A stretch of DNA of 63,484 bases, counting the filler, from Rhabdomonas costata (Eukaryota), in assembly GCA_019059605.1 (NCBI GenBank). It is 48 parts of 48 records of this genome, joined end to end, with 100 filler letters (N's around TTAATTAATTAA, not from the genome) between each part and the next. Parts side by side here need not be neighbours in the genome. Positions count along the whole stretch, not along the records: positions 50,340 to 51,563 come from JAHMHO010022926.1; positions 51,664 to 52,888 come from JAHMHO010022927.1; positions 52,989 to 54,213 come from JAHMHO010022928.1; positions 54,314 to 55,537 come from JAHMHO010022929.1; positions 55,638 to 56,862 come from JAHMHO010022930.1; positions 56,963 to 58,187 come from JAHMHO010022931.1; positions 58,288 to 59,512 come from JAHMHO010022932.1; positions 59,613 to 60,834 come from JAHMHO010022933.1; 40 more parts are not named here. One strand, written 5' to 3'. The notes below the pieces were generated by a model. The model was given only the letters and a program-made list of their open reading frames with translations, was not told where the DNA came from and searched no databases. Shown in pieces: positions 51,217-63,336 of this stretch (positions are counted from its first letter, which is position 1; the number at the start of each line of letters is the position of its first letter). A program made the translations under genes and the position numbers.

Positions 51217-51669
51217 CTGAGGGACAACCAGAAAGCCCCCAAAAGAGGAGCATACGTTTGAGGGGCGGCACCTCGCGGCATCCACAAAAAAAGGCGACGA
51301 AAAAAGACGTCCAAATTGAGGGGCCTGGAGAAGGATTGTGCACCAAAATGAGGGCTGGGAAATGATTGAAGATGACTCTCGATTGACACAATACGACAAC
51401 ATTATTTGCATCAATGAAATCAAAAGGCAGGAAGCAGAGATGAAGAAGTTGAAGGAAATGGGTCCATGAGCATCACCATCACCACCATGAACGGTATCCG
51501 GAAGAAACACAACGAAAACGCAAAGAAGTTGAAGGAAACTAACTAGCACTGACACAAAACAAANNNNNNNNNNNNNNNNNNNNNNNNNNNNNNNNNNNNN
51601 NNNNNNNTTAATTAATTAANNNNNNNNNNNNNNNNNNNNNNNNNNNNNNNNNNNNNNNNNNNNTGTGGT

Positions 51670-52202
51670 TGGGACATCAACTTAATCTTCTCAAGCAGCA
51701 CGCCATGGAGATTGGCTCCAGAAAGAAACTCCAGGTACTGATCCCTCACATCTCCCAAGTTTTGTTTGGTCAATTCCGCCGACAACAACGAGCTCTTGAT
51801 GTACAGCATCGTCTGTAGGTACAGGTCATACAGAACCACCGTGTAGCGGTAAAACCTACCCATCTGAACGTAATACTCATACTCCCACTTTTGTGTGGCC
51901 GTGTTGCTGACAATAACCAACGGCACGGCCTGCAGCATCGATTGCAGAACATCCTGGCGAGTCATCTCGTGTGCCGCTTGAATCCGAGTGGGGTCGTAAA
52001 CGTACTCCCCTGCGGTGGTAAACTTCTGATCGCATTCGTACTGAATGCCACCGTACTTTTCAGCCATGAACCGTCCCAGGTGGGACTTGCCCATTCCGGG
52101 CAGCCCACGCACAATCAGCAGCACCATTGGGTACCCGCCCCGCTGCACGGAATCGATTGCAGCGCATAGAGTTTCAACGTCTTCAGGTTTAAGGTAGTAC
52201 AT
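51670..52202 (-). CDS. AAA_33/N4BP2-like P-loop polynucleotide-kinase-type protein, single long exon
   Basis: VRGLPGMGKS Walker A, DQKF...GEYVYDP...AH, VIVSNT...WEY..Y, ANLHGV. Confidence 0.82.
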
Positions 52203-53552
52203 TCTTTGACTGCCACACAGCAGCACAACGTGAGCAAACTGGAAGTGCAGACGAAACGCAAAAGAAACGCCCCATGGTTGACTTGGTGCAATATCCCAGT
52301 TCGCTACTCAGCCACAAGAAAATGATTTGTTCTCGAGAGAATCCCCACCACCCGAAATGGGTATTTGACGTTTTTATCGGATGGGGGTGGGAACTTGGGG
52401 ACACCAATGCACCCGATAAATCGACGTTTGAATCTTCAAATAAGTATGGGGCTTCGAAGACCTGCATGGCGGTAAATAGCTGGTATGGTATACCCACCTT
52501 ACGTGGAGTGTCGGAATCGTGCTCCATGTTCGGTATTTCAATACGAAAAAAAAAGGAGAAATTTGACATCTCATCCAGAAGTATGTGAGACAACAACGCG
52601 ACAAAGCAAACTGGGCAACAGACGTTCCAGTTCCCCATTTCCTCAATAAAATTTGATTTTCTACCATTTTTTCGCTTCGAAGTCCAAAAATATGGGTTTT
52701 ATCAAAAGAATTCTCACCTTTACAGTGACAGACACACTTAAGCCCACTTAAAAATGAAGATCCCATGTCAAGCTCACACCCAAAACATCGCATCGGGCGA
52801 TGACTTGAAAATGACGCCGAAAGGTTGCAGCAACCTGAGAACATGTTCATGTCCAGGAAAGTTGAAAATACACTGCTTAACCCAACACNNNNNNNNNNNN
52901 NNNNNNNNNNNNNNNNNNNNNNNNNNNNNNNNTTAATTAATTAANNNNNNNNNNNNNNNNNNNNNNNNNNNNNNNNNNNNNNNNNNNNGGTTTGTGGTTC
53001 TGGCACGAATGCACCAATGGCCCGATTGTGTTGCCGGTGAGGGCAAACAAAGCCTACCACTGTTGGGCGGGATTTTAGGCTACTAAAAATAAAACAGTGG
53101 TGAAGTTTGGAGAATTTGCGGTTAGCGCTTACACTCTTCTCTAAATAAGCGTTCGCTGTAGACCATGATAGCACGGCAGGCAGTTCGTTCGCGTCGATCT
53201 CCTTCCATGTCCCGTTCTCTTACCACTGTAGTTGCACTGCCTGCTTCCCACGGCCATGACTTACATTAACACTGTTGTTTGTGTCACCCTACCGAGCTTC
53301 TAACAAGGAAGCAGCAAAAATGAATTGAAAGTGAGAAGAATTGCGGCGCGAGGCAATACAAAGAAACCACACCGGCGAGGTCAGAAGACATGAAGACAAA
53401 AACACAAGCCACAGCTGCAAGAAGGCACAAGCGTCAGGAGAGCCAGAAAGAGCTTAACATAGTGGACTTCACCACCCTGCCCTCCATCTGTCTCCCTTTT
53501 CCCCCACTCCGCACACATTCGTGGGCTGTCTCTGTTCAGGGGTTGTGTTCAG

Positions 53553-54205
53553 CACCAGCACCCTGACGGTTCCCGGAGGGGCGGAGCTGGAGCCCCTAGA
53601 CCGCTGGAGTCGTGCCACCATTCTCACCGGTATGCCCCCCCCCTGCACGATTACGGTGGCTTTCACGTACTGTTTCGTTTTCTCTCGGTTCCGCCAGTTT
53701 GCTTGCTTTCGATTTATTCATTTATTGCCCCAGATCAGCTCTCATGTATCCTTCTGCTGTTTTGCTGAGCTTGCGACATCTGATCTGGTCTCCAAGCTGC
53801 TCTGCTGGCACACCGGCTTTTGATAGCGTTTCCTCCTCCGTTGTCTGTTTAACCTAGCCCGTTGGTTGGTAAACGATTGCGATCTGCTCGCCCCAAACCG
53901 AAGATGCAATCCTTACTTTGGCCGTGCTGTGTGCCGGTTGCAGTCAATGAATGTAGGGGAGGGGAGGGTAATGGTGCAGAGGTGAGTGTCGGGTGGGTTC
54001 TCGGTGTTGGGTGCTCGGGCTGTTAGCGCGGGTGATGGAGGGTACGTTGCTGGAGCTGTTCGACGAGGCGCTGGCCTCGCGGCAGAGGATCCTCTCCGAG
54101 GGACTCACCGCTGTCTTCGCCCACACCCCCACCGCGCAAGTTTTCCACACGTACAGCTGCAGGGCGCTGTGCGCTGCAGCCAGGATGGCAGTCACAGAGG
54201 TGCCA
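53553..54205 (+). CDS. Hypothetical protein exons (~53553-53629, 54027-~54205)
   Basis: Phase-1 GT-AG join ATILT|ARVMEGTLLELFDEAL. Confidence 0.6.
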
Positions 54206-54567
54206 CCAAACCCNNNNNNNNNNNNNNNNNNNNNNNNNNNNNNNNNNNNNNNNNNNNTTAATTAATTAANNNNNNNNNNNNNNNNNNNNNNNNNNNNNNN
54301 NNNNNNNNNNNNNGGTGTTGTGTAAAAGTTTCGGTAATGATAATGATGATATCTGCGCTTGCTTGTCCACTTTACGGCTGCAGGAGTGCGCCTTGGTCTA
54401 TCCGTGATAGAAGCCCTATGGGATGCGGAAATGACTGCGTGAGGAGGGACAAAATGTAAGTTCGACCGAACTCCCTTAAGCCGATGAAAGGCGCCGACAC
54501 GCAGGCAAAGCCGTTCTCCACGCCCTCCACGGGGTGGGGGGTTGCGGATGGGTGCACAGTGACGCAC

Positions 54568-55197
54568 CTCCACGGAGTCCAGATTGTACCCAAGCTGCGA
54601 TGCAAGGAGCTTCTTCATGCCATCGCTCATCTGCTGCACCACTCTGAAGTACGTGTTGTACTCAAACAATACCTCCTGTGAGCAAAGCACAACGGACGGA
54701 AGGAAGGAAGGGAGAAGCGGAGACCAGGGTAGAAGAGGAAAGGGGTGCGAGGAGAATTCCCAGTGAAGGCGACGGGAGGGGATGCGTACGTGGGCAGTAA
54801 ACTAGCCCGCCCAGCACAACACTGGAAAAAAAGAGGCGAATAACTTCAGCACACCGAAGGGAGAATGCGCAAGGGTTGTGGGGGTCAGTACGAACGGGCG
54901 ACTGTTTTGTGATAGTGAGAGTGGAGTGCAATGGGTGAGGAGGGGAAACGAATGCAGGTGGGTACAGTTGCGTGGGAACGTTGGGGGAAGGGAGTGGGGG
55001 CAGGCCATTTCTTTAGGAATCGCAGAGAGGGCGCAGATGTTGTGGCCGCGGCCCCCGACCCGGGGCTGAATCAAAAAGAGCGTCGAGCGCGTGGTGGCGC
55101 CGTCGGCGGCCTTGAAGAACTGCTGCGCAACGACGTGGTCACTGGTCGTCGAGGAGAACGCCGGCCACACCACGTAGTGATCCTTCTGGTACAGCTT
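54568..55197 (-). CDS. R-S-E clade ADP-ribosyltransferase domain, exons 55197-55006 and 54675-54568
   Basis: VVWPAFSSTT...VAQQF...TLFLI...G..ICALSAIPKEM|EVLFEYNTYFRV (STS-like motif and ExE). Confidence 0.85.
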
Positions 55198-55637
55198 CTG
55201 AAACACGCAGGAGGATGATCGCGAAGGAGTGAAGACAACTGCAGTCTCTCGGGAAGGTCCCACAGAAACCATGGGATGGGTGGAGGGCAGCACACGTTTG
55301 GTGGTTGCTCTTGATAAAATTCGTTCTTATTCAACTCGCCGCACACGAGTGGTACCATTGCATTCAGAGCTTTTCCATTCTTTTTTTAAAATCTACCCAG
55401 CCCCACGCTTTTGCATTTTTCCATTTTCTTTCGCCACTGCCATCTTTGCTCATTATCCACCACCGAACAAAACGAAGAACACGTGAAAAGTTGCACAGCA
55501 TCGCAAACCGCAACCGGAACGTGCATCACCCCCCACANNNNNNNNNNNNNNNNNNNNNNNNNNNNNNNNNNNNNNNNNNNNTTAATTAATTAANNNNNNN
55601 NNNNNNNNNNNNNNNNNNNNNNNNNNNNNNNNNNNNN

Positions 55638-55695
55638 CCGGAGAGCGCTTCTTCTCCTTGCCTTTCTTCTTGGAGGGCGAAGAAGACCGCGCCAT
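55638..55695 (-). CDS. N-terminus of a basic Ser/Lys-rich protein
   Basis: ATG then MARSSSPSKKKGKEKKRSP to contig end. Confidence 0.45.
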
Positions 55696-56979
55696 GGGTT
55701 CTTCCAATAAGAAACTGTTCTCACAGCTCTGCACACAAAGTGAAGGAGACCAAGGACACATGGATCACACGCTCCAGTCCTAAATCAATTCTCTACATTT
55801 CCCTTGACCCTTAAAATCTATCTAGTACTGCTACAGGGCAATAATTTGACTGAAACAGTCTGCCAACGCAGCAATGACCTTTCCGCAAAAGCAGTCTTTA
55901 TGGCCTTTCAATTTTTTTTATGGGAGCAGGACCGAGCTTTTGGCACTGGGAGGGGAAGATAAGAACGCTTTTTCTTGAATGCATCTTGGCACCTGGTAAC
56001 CTTAGCCAGCGAGAAGACAGTCCGAGAAAGGCGGGGTGGTTTGTGATATGTTCGAGTGGAGTGGATACACGAAGCCGCAGGGTTATTCTTGAAGATCGGG
56101 AAGCGGGGCGGAGCAATCCGAGATCCAGGCTGCTGGGGTTGGGGCATGCCCATGTCTGGTATTTGGTCTCACAGGATATTAGAAGGCGATGCAAATGAAA
56201 AGGCGGATCGGAAATGTCTACATACTCTCCTCTGGACATGCAATCAACTCCACCCCCCTGCTCTCCATACACTCTGGACGAATGCCAATTGGCTGATAAA
56301 CCATCCTGCATCCCAAGCTCCTCCGGTTGGCATAGCCGGGGGAAGGAAAAAACCATCAATTTCACACACGCACACACAAGCATTGTACGACATATCACAC
56401 AATCGGGCGGAAGGTGACGTAAGAGCACCCCTGCAAGATAGTTCTTGGGGAGAACGCAGAGATCGCAAGGGCGCAGGGGGAAAACAATTTGATAAAGACC
56501 TTCGCCTCTCGAGGGGCGTGGTGCAACATTCCATGGAAAAATCAGAAGCAAAGAAGACGCGCACACCCAGCTCGTTCTTTCTTCCGTTCCGTCTACGCCA
56601 AGGCCACGCTCACTGTGAACCATCGGTCCTGCTACCAAGCCAAAACTAATTCCAATTCATTAAAGACCACAATTGACAGTGGGAATTTCTCCAAAATGGG
56701 AAAATGCAGTGAATAAAGTACAGTTGAACAAATTCCACCCCCACTTCCTAACTCAATCACAGTAGAGAATTAAGCGGTCTTTGCTAAATGCCGCTGATCT
56801 TGAACATTGCCCCCTCCGAGCCATTTAGACCGTTCAGGATCTTCGAAGCCATACCACCAAAANNNNNNNNNNNNNNNNNNNNNNNNNNNNNNNNNNNNNN
56901 NNNNNNTTAATTAATTAANNNNNNNNNNNNNNNNNNNNNNNNNNNNNNNNNNNNNNNNNNNNGTTTGGTGAGTGCACAC

Positions 56980-58032
56980 CAATGCAGTTCTGGCCGCAGT
57001 TCTGGAAGGTCCCGCGCAGCAGGATCGGGATGACCTGGCCCAAGTCTGCGTCCTCTAGGACCACCGCAGGGTCTTTCCCCCCAAGCTCCAGCACCACAGG
57101 GGTCAACGTCTCGGAAGCCTTTCTCATGATCAGCTTCCCCACGCCTGGGGATCCAATAAAGGTCACCTTGTCCACCGCCGCCACCAGGGCTTCTCCGGTC
57201 TCCGCGAATCCAGTTAGAAAGGACACCTGTTTAGAACCCCCCCCCAATGACATTTCTAAGGAAAACCAAATCCACGGGGACCACACCTGTGTCTTGCAAT
57301 CGAGCGTAATCTGAGCGGTCCCCCCCCCCTCGGCTTACATCAGGGTGGCTGATCCTGATCAGGGTGGCCACACTTCCCATTGTGGCTCCTGCACCATGCA
57401 ATGTGTATCTTCCACGAGAAAGCAGGATGCTGGGGAGGAGAGGGCTAAGCCGAAGCAGGCCTGAGGTCTTTTGTATAAACAACAGGCGTCCCGAAACGCT
57501 GCGTGGCCGGTCCTTGGGGTCTGGTTGTTAACCTTGCCCTTTTGGCGGGACTGGCGCGCGAAAGACACATTTATGGACAGAAATGGCCCTTCCCCGGTCG
57601 GTTCGCAGTTGGTCTATCCATACCTCTCCCTCAACCTGAAGCCACGTGGATTTCCTCATTTTGGAAATTTTGGAGAGCGGCAGAGTCTGATACACTTACA
57701 CACGTGCCCTGAGAGCGGGGGGTCTTCGAGCACTGCAAATCTCGACCACAGTGAAGCCTGAGAGGCACAGAAGGCACGGGGGCCACCAAGTCAGGGCTCT
57801 GGCCGAGGCTCTTGAGGCCCTCCCGCACGATGGCCTCGTAGTAGCCGGCGTAGAAGGAGGTGTACTCCGAAACCTTCCCCACGAAGGCGTTGCCCGCGAA
57901 CAGGGCGGAAATCATAGGGCCGTAGATGTTGTGGAAAGGGTAGTTCCACGACACAATCGCGCCAATCACCCCAAAGGGGACGTAGCTCACCATGGCCCTC
58001 TTGTGGGCCGCAATCAGCCCAACTTCGCGAAC
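56980..58032 (-). CDS. Aldehyde dehydrogenase, ALDH22/MSC7-like, exons 58032-57787 and 57226-56980
   Basis: GVIGAIVSWNYPFHN, KVSE, TGFAETGEALV, FIGSPGVG, LELGGKD, QNCGQNCIG. Confidence 0.95.
57439..57521. repeat. Dispersed intronic repeat, copy 2
   Basis: Matches 36139-36221. Confidence 0.9.
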
Positions 58033-58423
58033 CTTAGGGGGTTATGTGCGTGTATTTGGAGGAGGAGGGATTCAGGGATTCAGGCCTGCCAAGAGTTCAA
58101 CCTCCCGAGAGCCCATCCCCAAGAGCTCATCATCGACGAACGCAAGCGAGCGATGTGTCCAAACATAGGAGGAAGTAAGAGGCACTGNNNNNNNNNNNNN
58201 NNNNNNNNNNNNNNNNNNNNNNNNNNNNNNNTTAATTAATTAANNNNNNNNNNNNNNNNNNNNNNNNNNNNNNNNNNNNNNNNNNNNTGTTGGGGTGTTT
58301 GGGTGGGGGGGGAAAGGGTGAAAAAAGTCAAAGAAAAATGCAAATTTTGCAGGATGCACTTTTGCAGAGCCGTCAAGTACAACAAACAACGCACCCTGTC
58401 CCGCCGAAGGCTTCCATTTTCAG

Positions 58424-59190
58424 TTGGGGTGGATACTCTTGGCGCCTACGGGCAAGAGGGTCCAGAGGGATGCTTTCTCGGACAGCTTTCTCGACAAACG
58501 CGAAGAGTTTTGCAGGGTTGACTTTCGCGCGCCTTCCTCGTCTCCCATCACCCCGCTGACAAGCTCTCATCTACAAGTCTGTGTGCTTTGTGTGTTCATT
58601 GCTCTATAGGCCCATCCCATCCCAACGTAGCGGTCACGGAGCCATTTGGGTTGGCCACCACTTCATTCATGGGGTCCGGTAATAGAAGTTCAGTATGTTT
58701 TGACAGCCACGTTCAGGAGGTCGTCATGGCTGGAAGCCGGCTGCTACCGCTGTTGGAACGGACGCCAGATACGCGAAAGGGGCCACGGTCCAAAGCCTAT
58801 TCCACCGTTCTCTGTGAGTGAGCTCTGCACAAGTCTCCCGTTTTTCATCCCTTTCTTCTTCCTTGTGTGCTGTTTTCTGTTTGCTAGTTGCACGTGGGTG
58901 ACGCTGTGCCGTGAATAGTTTCCAAAAAAAGGATAGGAAATAGTAGATCATAAAAAAATTGCATCAACTTCGTGATCGACTGTTCCATGGTGAGTGGTTT
59001 TCGTTTTCACTGGTTTTGCTAATTAGAATGAAAAAGAGGTCAATTTCAAACTCACAGCAGCAACATGGCTTGCCCGCACAAACGGGGAGCCCCACAATGG
59101 TTCGGTGGGCCACCACGACGCAGAGCAGGCGCGTCTTATGCCTTCATTGAGTGCAAACAGCACACAGACGCAACATTCAAAATGGGTCAA
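58424..59190 (+). CDS. Multi-exon hypothetical protein with short introns
   Basis: Four consecutive phase-compatible GT-AG exons (starts 58424, 58610, 58707, 59058). Confidence 0.45.
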
Positions 59191-59918
59191 ACCTTCAAGC
59201 GGAGGTTTGCAGCAAGGCAGGTGGGCTGAATTCAGGGATGAAGGAGAAGACCAGGGGCCGCAGAAAATAATGCAGTCCAGCTTTCGAGGATCGAGTTTCA
59301 GGAAGCCGCTAGTCACCCGCTGCAAAGGCTGAAAAGATCGCGACAGATGGAAATTTGGACACTAGTTGGGGAAGAGAACGGCATTTCCTTTCATATACCA
59401 CGTCTGAACATCACCTTTTTTAAATTGCCTTTTCCTAAACATTGGTGTGAACCCTGAAGTGAAAAAGTGGCTCTCGTTCTTCTCGGCAACAAACCCAAAC
59501 TCAACCAACACANNNNNNNNNNNNNNNNNNNNNNNNNNNNNNNNNNNNNNNNNNNNTTAATTAATTAANNNNNNNNNNNNNNNNNNNNNNNNNNNNNNNN
59601 NNNNNNNNNNNNGTTGTCTCGGTCAGCTTCTTTGCCTGCAAACTTGGAGGCTATTTTTTGGTGCTTTCTAATTATCGGTCAGTTTTTGTTCCTTTTTGAA
59701 TGGCACGTATATGTTTTTAATGTTACCCCGCTGCTAGAAGTTAGAGCTTTGGGTAATGGGCAGCCTCGTGTTTTCATTGCGCGACGTGCCCCAGCTAACA
59801 TTTTCAAAGCAAGATTGAGATGGTCCGATTAAGTTGCTTCATTCCACAAAGCATTTGCTACCGAGTTAGGCATGTCCACAACACCACAGGGACGCTCGAA
59901 AACGCTCGCAAACAAGAC

Positions 59919-60220
59919 GGATTGGCGCTAGTGCATTTATGCCCCTCCTGGGTCCACCTCACTTGGGCTGTGAACTAATGCTATTATGGGCCCCTTCTTG
60001 AGAGTGCAGGGGGTTAGGAGGTGGTGCACGGGTCCCCTGGGATTCTGGCATGGGAATTTGCAGGGGGATAGGAGGCGATGCTCGTGCTCCCTCTTTCCAG
60101 GATGTCTCTCTGCCGCGGAGCGGCCTAGGGTCCTCGGTGCTTTCATTTCTTGGACATGGATGTGCGGATTACAGCGGGTTGTGTGTGCGGGGGGGGGATC
60201 ATATGCACTTATGCCAATCC
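59919..60220. mobile_element. MITE-like element, copy B
   Basis: Ends ggattggcgctagtgcat / atgcacttatgccaatcc are inverted; 59923-60083 aligns with 19881-20052. Confidence 0.68.
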
Positions 60221-60375
60221 CCGGAGAAACCCAAGAGATTGTGTTTCGCCATTCTTTTGGGGATGCTTGGTAACTGACCGCATGCGACATTCCTGCCAGG
60301 CTCCTTCTGATGGGTACGCCACTGAAGGTTGGTTGTGAATCCCTCCCCCGTGATTCCCCGGGTATCGGCGCACAG

Positions 60376-60484
60376 GCCTGATTCCACGGGCCAAAGCACA
60401 CTTTCAAGTACCAAGGACACGGTCAAGAACCTTTTGAAGAAGAAGAACCACGCGGACCTTGAGCTCGCGGCGCAGCTGATGCAG
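60376..60484 (+). CDS. Internal exon, unknown protein
   Basis: CAG/GTGACA bounded, KDTVKNLLKKKNHADLELAAQLMQ. Confidence 0.55.
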
Positions 60485-61189
60485 GTGACATCGAATCCCA
60501 TGATACAAATGAACTTTTTTTTGCTGAACAGAGCCCTCCCAGCACCACCTAAATTTAGGCGGTGTCCCAGTGCGTGTGCGCATCGCCTCCGCTCGTGTGT
60601 CCCCGTAAGTGCACGCTCCGTGTGCGTGTGTGCGCCCTTGACAGTGGGATTTCTCCGATGTAGGCTCTTTCCACCACCACCCCTCCCCAGTGAGTCCGGA
60701 TTTTGGTGTAAGCTGTCTCTCCTCTGTTGATTAATTTGCGCCTCTGAGTGACTTGGGAGCTCTGGTTTCCAGACAGGACAGCTAGGAATTTGCGGTCTCT
60801 GTTAGGACAAGCGGCAGCGCAAGGATGGAGGCCANNNNNNNNNNNNNNNNNNNNNNNNNNNNNNNNNNNNNNNNNNNNTTAATTAATTAANNNNNNNNNN
60901 NNNNNNNNNNNNNNNNNNNNNNNNNNNNNNNNNNTGTTGTAGCGTAGGGGTGGAGCGTTGTGGTTTTGGATGATGTGATGCAGGTAGGGTGTATGTTGGT
61001 GGTCTCACATCCTGGGGTGGATTGGTGCGTAGGGTATGCGTGTGAGATGGAGGGTGCTGGAGTGGTTGGGTGTGGGGATGTGAGGTTGGGCCTTCGATCT
61101 TTGGGTTCTGGATTTGAGTGTGGGTGTGAGTTTTGTGTCTTCGGTGTTTGGTTTTTGGTTTTTGCGTTGTTGGATTGGTGTTCTGGGTT

Positions 61190-61570
61190 CGGAGTTCTGC
61201 ATTCGGTATTCGGTATTCGGTATCTGTATTCGGTATTGGGGTTGAAGTTTTGAGTTGGCATTCGCGTTTCGGAGTTTTGAGTTCTGAGTTGGGTTTCTGA
61301 GTCGGGGTTCGGAGTTCATGCATTGGACATTCGTCTTTGGGTTCTGTTTTGCGCTCATGTTAGAAGGAGTAAAATAATACGCCACTTGTAGTTGATTATT
61401 TGAGCTAGAGCTAAATCTAAACATTTAGATTGCTTTCGACATATGCGCCGACAAAGAGAATGGTACGGTGGACTTAGGCATTGGCAAGTTTGGTTTAGGT
61501 TTCTGTTTCGGTTTCGGTCTCGGTCTCGGTATCGGTATCGGTGTTGCGTCTCTGGCTTTGGTTTTGGTTC
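61190..61570. repeat. Degenerate TCGGTAT/TCGGTN and GAGTT short repeats in a strongly G/T-skewed tract
   Basis: 61203-61237 and 61508-61542. Confidence 0.8.
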
Positions 61571-62265
61571 GTGGGTAGTGCTTCGTTTGTGCTTGCGTGT
61601 TGGTTCGGTGGGTTCTAGCGCTTCAGACAAGGATGGGGTTCGTGGAGGATGGATGCGGTGAGGGTTCGTTGGGGTTCCATGATCTACTATTTAAACACAG
61701 TGTTATGCGTGGGTGTCAGACAACGGGGGCGTGACGACGTCGTGATTCGGGTTTGCTTCGTTCCAGCGTGCGCTTTTTGAAGTCTGGTAGGAGTTAGGTC
61801 GTCTCTCAAGGTTCCGTAGGCCAACAACCATTCGATGAGATCACACACGGTATGGAGCATCGTTGCCACGTGTAGTGGGAACGGTGTAGGTTGACTATCT
61901 GTCAGTATCTGTGGCGTGGGAGTGACGGCAATGCGATGGAAGGCGTTGCGTGGAGGCGTGGCGGTGGAAGTCAGGGAGCGTTGGTAGGACTCTGGATGGT
62001 AGGCTATCACGGAACGGAAGGGGACGCCCAACTAAACTTGTGCGATGAAACTGAGCTAGGGTATCTTCACTGCGAGCAATGGGTGTGTAACGGTGTGGCG
62101 AGGTAAACCTGGTGTCGTGAGTTGGCAAGTACAAGTAGTGGGTCCAACTAACCCAACAANNNNNNNNNNNNNNNNNNNNNNNNNNNNNNNNNNNNNNNNN
62201 NNNTTAATTAATTAANNNNNNNNNNNNNNNNNNNNNNNNNNNNNNNNNNNNNNNNNNNNGCTTAC

Positions 62266-62428
62266 TCATGCATTCCTCTAGGGCGTAGCTGAACTCCGTC
62301 AGGTTGCTCTGGCACACTGCCAGGGAGTCCGTGCAGTTGGGTGCCGGTCCGGAGGCCTGAGCGGTGGCCAACACGACCAACGCAAAAAGCACAACAGGGA
62401 GAACATGACGAGAAGAAGAAACAGGCAT
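62266..62428 (-). CDS. First exon of a putative secreted or membrane protein
   Basis: Signal-peptide-like VLPVVLFALVVLATAQA; GTAAG donor at contig end. Confidence 0.65.
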
Positions 62429-62536
62429 TGTTTTTGGGGAAAGGCGGCAGGTACAAAAAGACTGAGCAGGGAAAAGAGCTAGTGCCTAGAAGGGGAGAGA
62501 ACTCAGGACCCACAGCTGCTTGAAGACCGAAGGAAT

Positions 62537-63336
62537 TCAAAGCAGAAGGAGGCATCGTGGAAGCGGAGGGATAGAACCAACGGCCAGCTGAACCAAGTGG
62601 TGCCTAACCCACTGAACGGCCGCGGAAGCGGGGTGGCTCCACGTCTTTGGCCAACCCGAGTCCACAGCTCTCTGGATTGCGTCCTCAATGTCATCAACGT
62701 CGTGCCCACGGCACTGATCAGGAATTCAAGATCTTTTTGCGATTTCGTCGCCGGAACTCCACTTACCCTCCCGAAAACGAGGCTTACCCCCAAACCCCCA
62801 GAACTCGAGGTAGAGGAGTTGGGGGGGGGGGGGTCTGAGAATCTCAATTACTTGGAGAGGATTTGGATGATTTGGGTGGCATTGGTTGTCAAGGGGCTTG
62901 GAGACTTGGTGAATCTTCTTACACTTAATCTTCTCTTTCTGTTCAGAGCCTTCCTGTTCCTTCCTGCTGACAAAAAGAGAGAGAAAGAAAAAGAGAAAAA
63001 GATTCGCCTTGATGAGATCCCAGGTCAACAACTGGTCACTGGCTCTGCAGAAATCGTTCACAGTGAAAGGGGTGCCGTGATGTTCTGAGCACACCGATTT
63101 AGAGAGAGAGAGAGAGACCGCAAAAACAGACGGTATGCAGGCAGCATCCTCGCCACCGTCGCCGTGCAGATCTGCCAGTGTGAGAAGTATTCTTTCTATT
63201 ACGGTGAAACGAGGCGTGGGCCTTGTGACGGGTATCCTCTTCTGCTACACTCCGACCACCGCATTGGCTATCTCATACTTCACGGTCCACAGAAGCACGC
63301 AGAAGCCCACCACGAGTCCAACGGCGGAACTGTTAC
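62537..63336 (-). CDS. 3' exons of a hypothetical protein (several short exons)
   Basis: Phase-compatible ...EIANAVVG|KEYFSHWQIC...PAY|QHHGTPFTVNDFC...WDLIK; later exons uncertain. Confidence 0.45.

Noticed and set aside
57784-57790. GC donor in ALDH (GTG|GCCCCC)
   Set aside because: TTG|GTGGCC gives the expected DL|VSFLTG with a GT donor
1228-62259. Regularly spaced TTAATTAATTAA as a repeat array or CRISPR
   Set aside because: Artificial concatenation linker within N runs
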